A stretch of DNA of 64,000 nucleotides. Source: Mobula hypostoma (Eukaryota). Of this stretch, positions 52,916 through 64,000 are shown piece after piece (within the stretch, counting starts at the first letter, position 1; each line of letters opens with the position of its first letter). Location of the stretch: the NCBI RefSeq assembly GCF_963921235.1, contig NC_086097.1:44704001-44768000 (forward strand), written 5' to 3'. The position numbers were made by a program, and so were the translations under genes. The notes beneath the pieces were generated by a model. That model saw only the letters and a list, made by a program, of their open reading frames with translations. It did not search any database and was not told where the DNA came from.

Positions 52916-54470
52916 CAGGATATTTTTGGCTGACCATACGGGTTGTCATTTTCCTCAGAGGATCTTCATTTGATGCAGTGGCTTTCTGAAGATTAACAAC
53001 ATTTCAGATGATTCGATTTTAAGTTGAAGTGCCTTTGACATTGGTATCCAAATTCAACTGGTTTCTCGTTCTGCTAGTTTGGTGAATGGGTTTCAGGATT
53101 TGGCTGACATGAGAACATCCAGAGGTTTATTAATTTTCCCTTCTTTGCTTCCTTGAAACCTTCAAACTCTTCACTAGGAAATGACCCTCAAACTTAATAG
53201 ACAGTAAATTTTCCTCTAGGGCCCCAAAGTTTGACCCTACACAAAATTCCACAGATACTCATGACATTTTTGCTGTACTTGGATTGAAATTCTTGAATTC
53301 TACCCTTGTAGCACACCATAATGAAATTCTATTTTGGAGAATTTCTTGAACCATTTGGCTGTATAAAAGATGTCATGTTACAGCCAGAAAGCTGTGAAAA
53401 TATTCCCACACTCGAATTCTGACTCTGAAAGATGGGCTCTTCTGTTATTGCATATAAGAATCACCTTACTATTTTCTGGCTTTCCTGACAAAAGAATTAA
53501 CAATGGAATGTACACAAGAAGATTTCTCTGTCTGTCCAGGCATTAGGTTGTAGTTTATATATTCTTCTGGTGAATGTGTGACTCAGTGGCTGTGGCCGCG
53601 GCCATAAGTTCCCAAATCGGTTTCACTCACTCTTGTGGCTGTGGATGGACTTTTGGAGACTCTGCAGTTTGATGTTCAATGCTTGGTATGTTATTTGTTC
53701 ACTTTTTGCTGTTGTGTGATTTGTTTCATTTCTGCACATTCGAGGTCTTGTGTGGGGTTTTTCTTTAAGCACGTCCAATGGTGTTTCTTTGTTTTGTGGC
53801 TCCCTGCAAGAAGATGGATCTCAAAGTTGTATATGGTATACATACTTTGATAATAAATGTACTTTGAACTTTTGAACTTCTTGTGATGTTATTGACTTGC
53901 TGTATTTTCCAGCAACCAGTAACTTTTCCTTGTGCGTGCCTGCGATATATGTGACTATGTCTCACTTGCACTACATAACATTGATCTTGTCAGGCTTACT
54001 TGGGGAAAGATCATGTTCATCTATCAACTTTGAAACTAATTGATATTTTCAATACTCTCTTAATCAGCAGTTTTTTCTTCCCTGAAGTCCTCTATACTGA
54101 AGTTTGAAGCATGATATCCAGTCATCCAAAAAACGTAGGATTCCATAATCTTCATCGTTTCGTAAAAGTCCTTTTTTGTTTTGATCAGCAAGCCTCCAGA
54201 AATCTGAGTGTATTCCAAACATCAAGACAGTCACTCACACAAAGCCTTGTCTAACTGGCCTAGTTTTCTTTTAAACTGAATGATAGTTCATTGTCTTCAA
54301 TCAAGCCACAAATTTCAGTAGCTGAGCCTTTTGAACTTTTAAATTGTAGATCATTGTTGATTTTCTGCAGGTTATCCCCTTCTCCAGTCATCATCATTTC
54401 CAACTTCTGTTAAATTGGATGTGCAACGTGCTTGTGATTTTGCTGGAGTCGTCATGATGTTCATGGGGCA
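52915..54470 (-). pseudogene. Decayed Jerky-like pogo/Tigger transposase (CENP-B-type HTH domains + DDE_1)
   Basis: Manual minus-strand translation across frameshifts gives colinear blocks: LEKG..STMIYNLKVQKAQLLKF; KLGQLDKALCE..ISGGLLIKTKKDFYETM; EEKTAD; KLIDEHDLSP; AGTHKEKLLVAGKYSK; YKLQPNAWTDREIF; GKPENSKVILICNNRRAHLSESEFECGNIFTAF; NMTSFIQP/MVQEILQN; SEEFEGF. Confidence 0.85.
53580..53878 (+). mobile_element. Rex1-type-tailed retroposon inserted in the Jerky-like relic
   Basis: 'ctgcaagaagatggatctcaaagttgtatatgg..gataataaatgtactttgaacttttgaact' tail. Confidence 0.7.
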
Positions 54471-55266
54471 TGTAAGGAAGAGAATCATGCATTAATCATT
54501 GATTAATGGGGAAAAGTGTCAAATGGTAATTTTCCAATTAGGTAGGGATTGATAGTAAAACACCTTGCATACTTTAAAAACATACACTTTAGACAAATGA
54601 AACCTTTTATTATGACTAAACAGTTTTGTTCTGCTTGATTGTGAGAAACTTGTCTTATAGACGTAGATGACAAAAGAACAGAAGTGTAAATCAAAACAAA
54701 TTCTGTTGCCTAGGGACGGGAATACAGTTTCTTTCCTAACATCTCCTAAAAGAAAGTGTTCTTTTGGTATTTTATTCAACAATTTTACCAAACCAGAAGA
54801 GAATAACAAAGGCTTTCAAGTTCAAAACTAAAAGGAGGTTTGCAAAGCTTACATGAAAATTGGTGTTGAAATTGATTTATGCCGAAGTTCATTATAAGCT
54901 TTCCATTGCCAGGACGTAGGGCGTAGCTGAAGTTCTGAAAATAAACAACGTCAGGTGTTACAGCTTGTTTCCTACAGTAGCTGCTCTCCTGTTACCAGGA
55001 GAAGGGCAAACAGAAAAGCACCTACATCATAGTCAACCTCAACAAAGCAACTGTACTTACAGTTATTTCAGAACAGCAATCCCCAATAAGAACTCTACTG
55101 CTGTAATTAATCGTAAGTTCCTTAGCAAATTCAAATTCCTTGAGTGATATGAAATACAAATATTTACATTGAAGGAGGGGTCTGCTGTTTTCAGTTACTA
55201 TTGATGTGAAGTTATGGACATTATGTTATTAATGTGAAAGAAATTCAGTTGTTTAATCTGGAGTTA

Positions 55267-55776
55267 CACTGGGTAGCCACTTTATTAGAGCACATGTCTG
55301 TGGAAGCCCATCCACTTCAAAGCTTGACATGTTGTGCATTTAGAGATGCTCATCTGCACACCACTGTTGTAACATTTGGTTATTTGTGTTACTGTCGCCT
55401 TCCCATCAGCTTGAACCAGTCTGGCCATTCTCCTCTGATCTCTCTCATTAACAAGGCATTTTTGCCCACAGAACGACCATTCTCTGGATGTTTTTTTTTC
55501 CTTTTCGCAACATTCTCTGTAAACTCTAGAGACCATTGTGCGTGAATGTCCCAGATCAGTAGATTGGAGATACTCAAACCATTCTGTCTGGCACCAACAC
55601 TCATTCCATGGTCAAAGGCACTAAGATCCCATTTCTTCCCCCATTTTGATGTTTGACTTGAGCAACAACTGGACTTTTAGACCACGTCTGCATGCTCCTA
55701 TGCATTGATTTGCTGATTAGATATTTGCATTAACGAGCAGCTGTACAGGTGTACCTAATAACATGGCCTCGGATTG
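55267..55776. mobile_element. Tc1/mariner-like MITE (~510 bp)
   Basis: TA-flanked; TIR-like 'cactgggtagccactttattag' / 'ctaataacatggcctcggattg'; homologous to the outer parts of 29420-32868. Confidence 0.8.
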
Positions 55777-56549
55777 TATATTGCATCACTGATTTAGGAC
55801 TGGGCTGGAAATATTTGTACATTTGTGTGCACAGTTCCATTTGGTCAATACACTTCCAACATGAAGGTATGTTGACCAATGGAACTGTGCACGTGGTGGG
55901 GGGGGGGCAGTGGAGGGAGGATGGTTAGAGAAACAAGAAGAAATGTGCAGTGTTGTTGAGAAGGTCAAGCCATATGACAGTAGTCTTAACCTGTTGAAAT
56001 CTGGCAATACTCTGCATTACGAGGCAAAATCTGATTTGTGTAGAATTATACCTCTCACTATTATTTACCATCCAAGAATGCCATTTTACATCAGCAAACT
56101 ATTGAAACTAATAATCTTACAGTGGTAATAAGAAGGTAAGATAACCATGTTGATAATATTTGTTATTAAGCAAGAAATCATAAGCTACACTTCTTTAAAA
56201 AAAAACATTTACCGTACTCACACAGCTGATTAAAGCTGGTCTAACAAATTGGCATCAAAGACTTGCTGTTATATGGTAAATAAAGTACACCGTCCCCATG
56301 TGGGCTGGAGAAGGTAATGAGCCTGGAGTTGAGGGCAACAGCTGTTGTTTTTGTGCTTCTACCTTTTCTGAACCATTTTGTTTATCACACTGAAAACACT
56401 GAGTGAAACTCCATGTCAGCAATTATATCTTCCAGTATTATATTCAATCCATAGTTGTAAGAATAAACAGGGTGTGTGAGTGGGAGACTTTAACTTCCGA
56501 CGTATTCTCTGGGCCTCCCAGAGTGTTAAGGGACGGGACAGGGCGGAAT

Positions 56550-58770
56550 TTGTGAAATATGTCCAGTCAATATACAGGAAGATGCAATACTGGCTCTCCC
56601 CTATGGGGAAGAGGCGGGACGAGTAACCAAGGTGGCAGTCAGGGAGCACTTTAGCTCTTGTGGCCATAATTTTATCAGTTTTATGTTAGTGATGGAAAAA
56701 GATAGGTCATTTCTCCAGGTTAGGGTCCTAAACTGGAGCAGGGCTTATTTTGGGGGTATTAGTAGAAGTCAATTGCGTGAGCCAGTTTGCATGGCACGTG
56801 GGAGGCTTTTACAAATGTGACAATGTGTTCAGGAGCAGAATGTTCCTGTTAAACCTGGCAAGTTGATAAAACCTTGGCTGATGAGAGATATTGAGGCTGG
56901 CCAAGAAAAAGGAGGAAGCATTGGTTGGGTTTAGGACAGGGGTTCCCAACCAGTTTTAAGCCATGGACCCCTACCATTAACCAAGGAGTCCATGGACCCC
57001 AGTTTGGGAACCCCTGGTTTAGGAGGTCAGGATCGAGTAAATCCCTTGATGATCATAAAATGATTAAGAATAAGAGAGAAATCAGGAGGGGAAAGAGACA
57101 GTATGAGATGGATCTGACAGATAAGGGAAGGGAAACCCCGAGGATCTATAGCTTTAATAAAAGGGTGGCTGGGGAGTGAGTTGGTCTCCTTAGAGATCAG
57201 TGGGGCCACCTGTGTCTTGAATCATAGGAGACTTTTTTGGAGGACATTCAAATTACCTAGGAAGAGGTGTTTGCAGCCTTACAGTGCATTAAATTGGATA
57301 AATCACCAGGGCCTGACTGAATGCATCCTTGGGCCTGGTGAGAGGCCAGAGTAGAAGTTGCAGAGACCCTGGAAGTATATTAGCTTCATTGTTAACCACT
57401 GGTGAAGTTCTCAAAGACTGGAATGTAGCTAATATTTTCTGTTGATTAATGGAAGTTAGCAAGGACAAGACAGGGAACTGCAGGCTGGGCAGCTTGTCAT
57501 CAGTAGTAGGGAGTTTAATGGAGGGGACACTGAGGGGCAGAATCCACCAACATTTGGATAGAAAGACCTGGATTAGGAGGTGTCAGCATGGCTTGTGCCT
57601 TGTTGAACATTTTTTTGAAGAAGTAACGTAAAAGGTAAATGAGGTTAGGGCAGTGGATGTTGTCTATTTGGACTTCAGCAAAGCCTTTTATAAAATCCTG
57701 TATGCTAGGCTGTTTTGGAAAGTGAGGTCCCATGGAATCCAGAGACAGCTAGTTAGCTGAATTGAAAATCGGCTTGGAGGTGGGAATCAGAGAGTGGTAG
57801 TTGAAGTTTGTTTCTTAGAATAGAAGCCAGTGACTAGTGGTGTGCTGCAGGGGTCGGTATCGGGGCATTTGTTATTTATTTAAATGATTTGGATATGAAT
57901 GTACAAGGCTTGATCAGTAAATTTGTAGATGGTGCAAAATTAGGAGGTGCCATTAATGTGAAGGAGATTATTATAGATTACAGGGTGATTTGATTAGTGA
58001 AGAAGTGGGCAGAGGAGTGGGAAATAGATTTCAATACCGCTAAGTGTGTGGTGTTGCATTTTAGAAAATTAAGCCAGTGAAGGAATTATACCTTGAATGC
58101 TAGGGAACGAGGGAGATAATGGAACAGGGGGACCCTAGGAATAAAGTACATAGTTCATTGATAGTGTGTACCAGGTAGACGGGTGGTGAAAAAGACGTTT
58201 AGTATGCTGACTTTCATTAGTCTCGGAAATGAGTTCAGACATCGTATTGCAACATATAAGTCAATGGTGAGGCTAAAGTTCTGTGTACTGTTGGAGCTCT
58301 GTGTATACTTAAACAGGAAGGAGTGCGGAAACAATTTATGAGGAATGTTGCCAGGACTAGTGTGCACGAATAATAGGAAGATGTTGGCCAGGCCAGGTCT
58401 TTATTCCTTGAAGCTCAGGAGAATAAGGAGCAGCATTACAGAAGTGTTTAAAATGATCAATGGCATAGTAAGGTGGATGGTAATGGTCTTTTCCCCAGGG
58501 CAGTGGAGTCCAAAACTAGGGGACATAGACAGGGTGGGAGGGAAAAGATTCAAAATGGACCCAAGGGGCACCTCATTCATGGAATGAGTGGTGAGTATAT
58601 GGAATGAGCTGCCAGAGGATCTAGTGAGGCAGGTACAATAGTATCATTTAAGAAGCACTTGGATAGTACATTTAGGGGTGAGGTTATGGGCTGAATGCAG
58701 GAAATTGAGACACTGTGCTGGGCATGGACCACTTGGAGCCACAGGCCTGTGCACCCAATGACTTTATACA
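56550..58770 (+). mobile_element. Old, heavily decayed CR1 ORF2
   Basis: Recognisable DKSPGPD, QHG, VDVVYLDFSKAF, FVDGAK remnants with many stops. Confidence 0.8.
56937..57016. mobile_element. 80-bp hAT (Charlie-like) MITE
   Basis: TIR CAGGGGTTCCCAA / TTGGGAACCCCTG; perfect 8-bp TSD GTTTAGGA at 56929-56936 and 57017-57024. Confidence 0.92.
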
Positions 58771-59749
58771 TTTGAACAATGTATGAAAACGTAACAGGGA
58801 GAAGTAAAGATTAGTGTTGGTGAGAAAGTGATATAAATTAGAGAAGAAATTTCATTTCAACATCAATTTGTAACAATTGTAAAAAGTAATTCTATTAATT
58901 CACAAATAGTTGTATTACAAACATTACAACATTTGAAGGTGACGCAACTTACAATTTCCTGCATAACCAGCAAAAGGTTACTATCAGATCGTAATAAAAT
59001 AATTTTCTAGTGTGATAGACTAATTCACAGTACTGTACTATGATGTGATAGAGCTAAATTCAGGAAATAGATCCAATATGGTAAAATCAGTAATATTTCG
59101 GATAAGCTTACTTGATGGAGAATGCAGATAGATGAGCCAGTTAATTTTTTTTGTGTTTTCTTTTCAATGTGGGAAGGCAGAACCTGTCAACACAATTACT
59201 TACCTGAGGCTATGGGTTTCTGTGAATCCTGCCACAAGTTAATGCATTATAATTAATTTAATTTGTGAATGTTTTTGACTTGTTTGTCCTAGGTTCTGGT
59301 AAGTCCAAATATTGTCAGTATTCAGTGTCGAGGATTTAAAGTGAGGAATTTTTTGAATTTGCCATGATACAACTGGAATGTGCAACCCAGGGAAAATAGT
59401 TCCAAGCTGTAATCATCTTCCTTAACATACAGTTAGAGCAGATCTAGTGTTTTCTCGGCGTATATGACAAATAAACTTTCCTCAGGCTTCCCAGCTGGAA
59501 TCCCAAGAAGAGTTTATTCATACAGTTAGAACCAATGCACATGTTTCTTGATTTTGCCTATCTGTCAGGTGTGAGCGAGAATAATTTATCTTAAAATTCA
59601 ATGTACACAGACTTTTATGTATTCATACCAACATTGTAATCATTGCATTGTTGGATTATACATATAACTGAGTACTATGCCAGCTTGGTAAGTTTAGCAT
59701 GGGGACACGAAGCAAGTTTTAATGATATTGAGCATCATTAATGATGTGG

Positions 59750-60412
59750 AGCCCAGGTTGAGCACTTCCGCTCCACCTGCCAAAATGTGAAGCTTTCCAG
59801 TGGCCGAACGTTTTAAACTCGATTCCCATTTCTGTTCCGAAATGTTGATCCATGGTCTCATTTTGTGCCCTGATGAGGCCATCCTTGGAGTGGAGGAGTG
59901 ATACCTTGTATTCAGTCTGTATAGCTCCCAACCTGATGGCATGAATATCGATTTCTCCTTCCACTAAAAAAAAATTCTCTCCCCTTCCCCTCTTCTTCTA
60001 TTCCCCACTCTGGCCTCATATCTCTTCTCACCTGCCTATTACTTCCTCCCGGTGACCCTCCTCCTTCCCTTTTTCCTTTGGCCCACTCTCCTTTATCTCC
60101 AGCCCTTTACCATTCCCACCCACCTGGCTTCACCCATCACCTTCTAACTATCCTCCTTCCCCTCCCCACTACATTCTTACTCTGACGTCTTCCCCCTTAC
60201 TTTCCAGTCCTGAAGAGGGGTCTTGGCCCGATATGTCCAACTATTGTCAGTATCAAGTGTTGAGGAATTCAAGTGAGGAATTTTTGTATTTGCCATGAAC
60301 CAGCTGAAATGTGCGACCCAGGGAAGAATGGATGCTGCCTGAACTGCTGAGTTCCTCCAGCATTTTGTGTGCATTGTTCTGGATTTCCAGCATCTGCAGA
60401 ATTTCTCATGTT
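59750..60412 (+). mobile_element. Penelope-like element 3' fragment
   Basis: GIY-YIG end 'ctcccaacctgatggcatgaatatcgatttctcc' (..QPDGMNIDFS), pyrimidine tract, degenerate hammerhead CAGTC-CTGAAGA-GGGGTCTTGGCCC-GATA-TGTC. Confidence 0.8.
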
Positions 60413-60780
60413 TAACGATATTGATCGAGGATCACCATTTTGATAATTGACTACTATGCTGTTTGTTTTACAGGTCATTGGTTTCTTGGGTCAGATCTAC
60501 CTGACTTTTGTGAGAGGTTTCAATTGGAACTACTGGTGTACTACAAATGAGATTGAGGACTTCTGCTTACATGTGGTGCAATACTGAGGTCTGGGATTTA
60601 CCAATACATTCAGAAGGCTGACTCCACCCCCTTTGCTTCAAAATGAATTCGGTGAGGGAAACCTGTAGTGATGGAATTTTCCAATACTTCTCAATACTTT
60701 CACTATGTCTGATTAGGCACAAAAAGAAATTTAGGTTTCACTAATTTTAGTGGAGAATGTAAGACAAATACTTAGGAAGA

Positions 60781-62237
60781 TAACCACAAGACCATAAGAT
60801 ATAGGAGCAGAATTAGGCCATTTGGCCCATGGAGTTTGCTCCGCCATTCCATCATGGCCGATCCAATTTTCCTCACAGCCTCACTCTCCTGCTTCTCCCC
60901 ATATGCCTATGTGCCCTGACCAGTCAAGAATCTATCAGCCTCTGCCTTAAATTTACTTAAAGATTTGGCCTCCACAGCTGCCTGTGGCAAAGAATTATAC
61001 AGATTCACCCCTCTCTGGCTTATCACCTCCTCATCTCCGTTCTAAAAGGCACTCCTCTATTCTGAGGCTGTGATCTCTGGTTTTAGACTCTGCCACTGTA
61101 GAAACATCCTCTCCACATCCACTCCATCAAGGCCTTTCACCATTTGATAGGTTTCAATTAGGTCACTCTTCATTCTTCTGAATTCCAGTGAATACAGGTC
61201 CAGAACCATCAAACACTCTTCATATGACAAGCTGTTTAAACCTGGAATCATTTTCATGAACCTCCTTTGAACCCTCTCCAGTTTCAGCACTTCCTTTTTA
61301 AGATAAGGAGCCCAACACTGCTCACAATGCTCCAAGTGAGGCCTCATCAGTGCTTTATAATGTCTCAACATTACATCCTTGTTTTGCACTCCATTCCTCT
61401 TGAAATGAATGCTAACATCACATTTACCTTCCTCACCACAGACTTGACCTGCAAATTAACATTTAGGGAACCCTGCACAAGTACACCCAAGTCCCTTTGT
61501 GCCTCAGGTTTTTTTTGTATTTTCTCTCCATTTAGAAAATAGTTAACCCTTTCATTTCTTCTACCAAAGTGCATGATCACACATTTCCCTTCACTGTATT
61601 CCATCTGCCACTTCTTTGCCCATTCTCCCAACCTAAATGCTTCGGTAGCCTCTCTACTTCCTCAGAACTACCTGCCCCTCCACCTATCTTCATATCATCT
61701 GCAAACTTTGTAACAATGACGTCAATTCCATCATATAAGCCATTGACATATAATGTAAAAAGAATCAGTCGCAACACAGACCCCTGCGGAAAACCATTAG
61801 TCACCGGCAGACAATCGGAAAAGTCTCCCTTTATTCCCACTCTTTGCCTCCTGCCAGTCAGCCACTGCTTCATCCATGCTAGGATCTTTCCTGTAATGCC
61901 ATGGGCTCGTGGCTTGTTAAGATGCCTCATGTGAGGCACCTTGTTACGGTCCTTCTGAAAATCCAAGTACACTTCAACTAATTCTTTGACTACCCTGCTT
62001 GTTATTTCTTTAAATAATCCCAAACATTTGTCAGGAAAGATGTTCCCCTCAGGAAATGGTTACTGCAGCCTATTTTATCATGTGTCTTCAGGTACCCTGA
62101 GACCTCATCCTTAACACATGACTCGACATCTCCCCAATCACTGTCAGACTAATTGGCCTATAGTTTCCCTTGTTTTGCCTCTCTCCTTTCATGAAGAATG
62201 GAGTGACATCCACAGTTTTCCAGTCTTCTGGAACCAT
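60781..62237 (-). mobile_element. CR1 fragment (RT region)
   Basis: GFPQGSVL, FADD, WAKKWQMEY, RPHLEHCEQ motifs; CR1 3' UTR at 60781-60900. Confidence 0.9.
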
Positions 62238-63315
62238 TACCTACCATTTTGAGATTCTATTCCCAGCTGCAACTGCCATAAACATTGGGATTTCCACCTA
62301 AACCATTGTACAGCCCTCTTCTCTTTTAAAACAAATTTTGAACCACACACCTGGCTATGTCTGATATCTTTACATGTAACTTCGAGATTGATAACACCTC
62401 TGTTAAGTGTCTTGGACATTTCACATTGTCAGCCTGTGCTACGTAAATAGAAGTTATCAGAAGTCTGGGGGCATAGTACACAGTACGATGGAGTTTATGA
62501 TACAGACCTTTCAATTACTACTGGAGGTGGTGTACTGAGATTCTCAATAGTCAATTGCGATTTTGAATGGTAGAGTTGATTCACTCATCAAATTTCAGAA
62601 AGTAGTGTTAATCCTAATCTTGTTCATTGCAGCTCTGTTGAGCAGTCGATGGCTTGGTTGTTTAACTGACAACATTGTGCAAAAAAAGTACTTCTAAAAT
62701 AGCATTGGTAATAACTGTGAAATACACAGACCAAATTTCTAAAACAGAAGAGACAATGTTAGGCTCTTAAGGGACTGTGAAATGAAGGGAGAAGTAAATT
62801 GGAACAATAACATAATACATGATGCATTTATGTTGTGTTTTTTAACATAAAAACCCTCAGCTCTTAAATGGAACCGAATGGAATAGAATTAATATTAAGG
62901 CAAATGACCAAGAGATGATCAAAAACCATGTGGAAGAATTCTGCAGATGCTTGAAATCTTGAGCAGCACACCCAAAGTTTTGGAGAAACTCTGCAGGTTG
63001 GACAGCATGAATGGAGGGAGAGGAATAGTCAGCACTTTGGGCCGAGACTCATTAGCTCTAACCTTGTTTCTTGCCTCGTTGAACAATGATATAAAAATGG
63101 AGGGTTGATGCTTCATTGGTGATATGTTGGAGAGGCTGCTGCACGAGGAAGTAACAAAGCGGTGATTACTGTATGTGTGAGGTACAAGAAATTGGGCTTT
63201 TCTAGATAGAATAGTGAGGCTGGTGGACAATGCATATAGCAAATATGGTGTTGAGCTTGAGAAGTATAGGAGCTACTTGCTCTCTACAAAATAGAAGATT
63301 CTATTCTCTACAGAA

Positions 63316-64000
63316 TATAACTATGTAACCATATAACAATTACAGCACGGAAACAGGCCATCTCGGCCCTTCTAGTCCGTGTCGAACTCTTATTCTCATC
63401 TAGTCCCACCGACCTGCACTCAGCCCATAACCCTTCATTCCTTTCCTGTCCACATAGCTGTCCAATTTAACCTCAAACGACAACATCAAACCTGCCTCAA
63501 CCACTTCTGCTGGAAGCTCGTTCCACACAGCTACCACTCTCTGAGTAAAGAAGTTCCCCCTCATGTTACCCCTAAACTTTTGCCCTTTAACTCTCAACTC
63601 ATGTCCTCTTGTTTGAATCTTCCCCACTCTCAACAGAAAAACCATGTCAACTCTATCTATCCCCCTCATAATTTTAAACACCTCTATCAAGTCCCCCCTC
63701 AACCTTCTACGTTCCAAAGAATAAAGACCCAACTTGTTCAACCTTTCTTTGTAACTTAGGTGATGAAACCCAGGTAACATTCTAGTAAATCTTCTCTGTA
63801 CTCCCTCTATTTTGTTGACATCTTTCCTATAGTTCGGTGACCAAAACTGTACACAATACTCCAAATTTGGCCTCACCAATGCCTTGTACAATTTCAACAT
63901 TACATCCCAACTCCTATACTCAATGTTCTGATTTATAAAGGCTAGCATACCAAAAGCCTTCTTCACTACTCGATCCACATGAGATTCCACCTTCAGGGAA
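63316..64000 (-). mobile_element. CR1 3' end, continuing beyond the window
   Basis: 196-aa ORF with LVRPNLEYCVQFWSP, LERRRLRGDLIEVFK. Confidence 0.92.

Noticed and set aside
59470..59520. Short imperfect inverted repeat ATAAACT...AGTTTAT
   Set aside because: Looks like a collapsed remnant of a repeat terminus; too short to assign a function
60474..60587. Possible exon after 'tttgttttacag' (VIGFLGQIYLTFVRGFNWNYW...)
   Set aside because: No recognisable homology; short frame ending in a stop; cannot be supported from sequence alone
37400..64000. Expected 3' exons of the neighbouring EVL gene on the minus strand
   Set aside because: No EVH2/tetramerisation-like peptide found by eye; probably outside the window
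1..64000. CRISPR arrays, retrons or other prokaryotic RT systems, rRNA or tRNA genes
   Set aside because: All RT ORFs are eukaryotic non-LTR (CR1, Rex1) type; no regularly spaced repeats; tRNA-like boxes belong to SINE heads

Overview
Vertebrate genomic DNA dominated by transposable elements. The repeat families (several CR1 LINE subfamilies, Rex1/Babar-like LINEs, Penelope-like elements, V-SINE/HE1-like SINEs) suggest a cartilaginous fish, probably a ray; this is inference. Only one host coding exon is recognisable: the last coding exon of DEGS2 (sphingolipid delta-4 desaturase/C4-hydroxylase, + strand, 32948-33091), which the ORF track misses. It is followed by a ~4.3 kb repeat-poor probable 3' UTR. 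Positions 1-32947 are presumably the preceding intron. Most ORFs in the track are LINE fragments or their antisense shadows. The most notable non-obvious items are: (1) a decayed Jerky(JRK)-like pogo/Tigger transposase, readable only across frameshifts (~52915-54470, -); (2) minimal hammerhead-ribozyme motifs in Penelope-like repeats, best copy at 20069-20104; (3) a deleted hAT-like element with a zinc-finger exon and an unusual 6-bp TSD; (4) several nested insertions with readable target-site duplications (TSDs). Family assignments come from motif recognition and recalled sequences, not database searches. Boundaries of old repeats are approximate.
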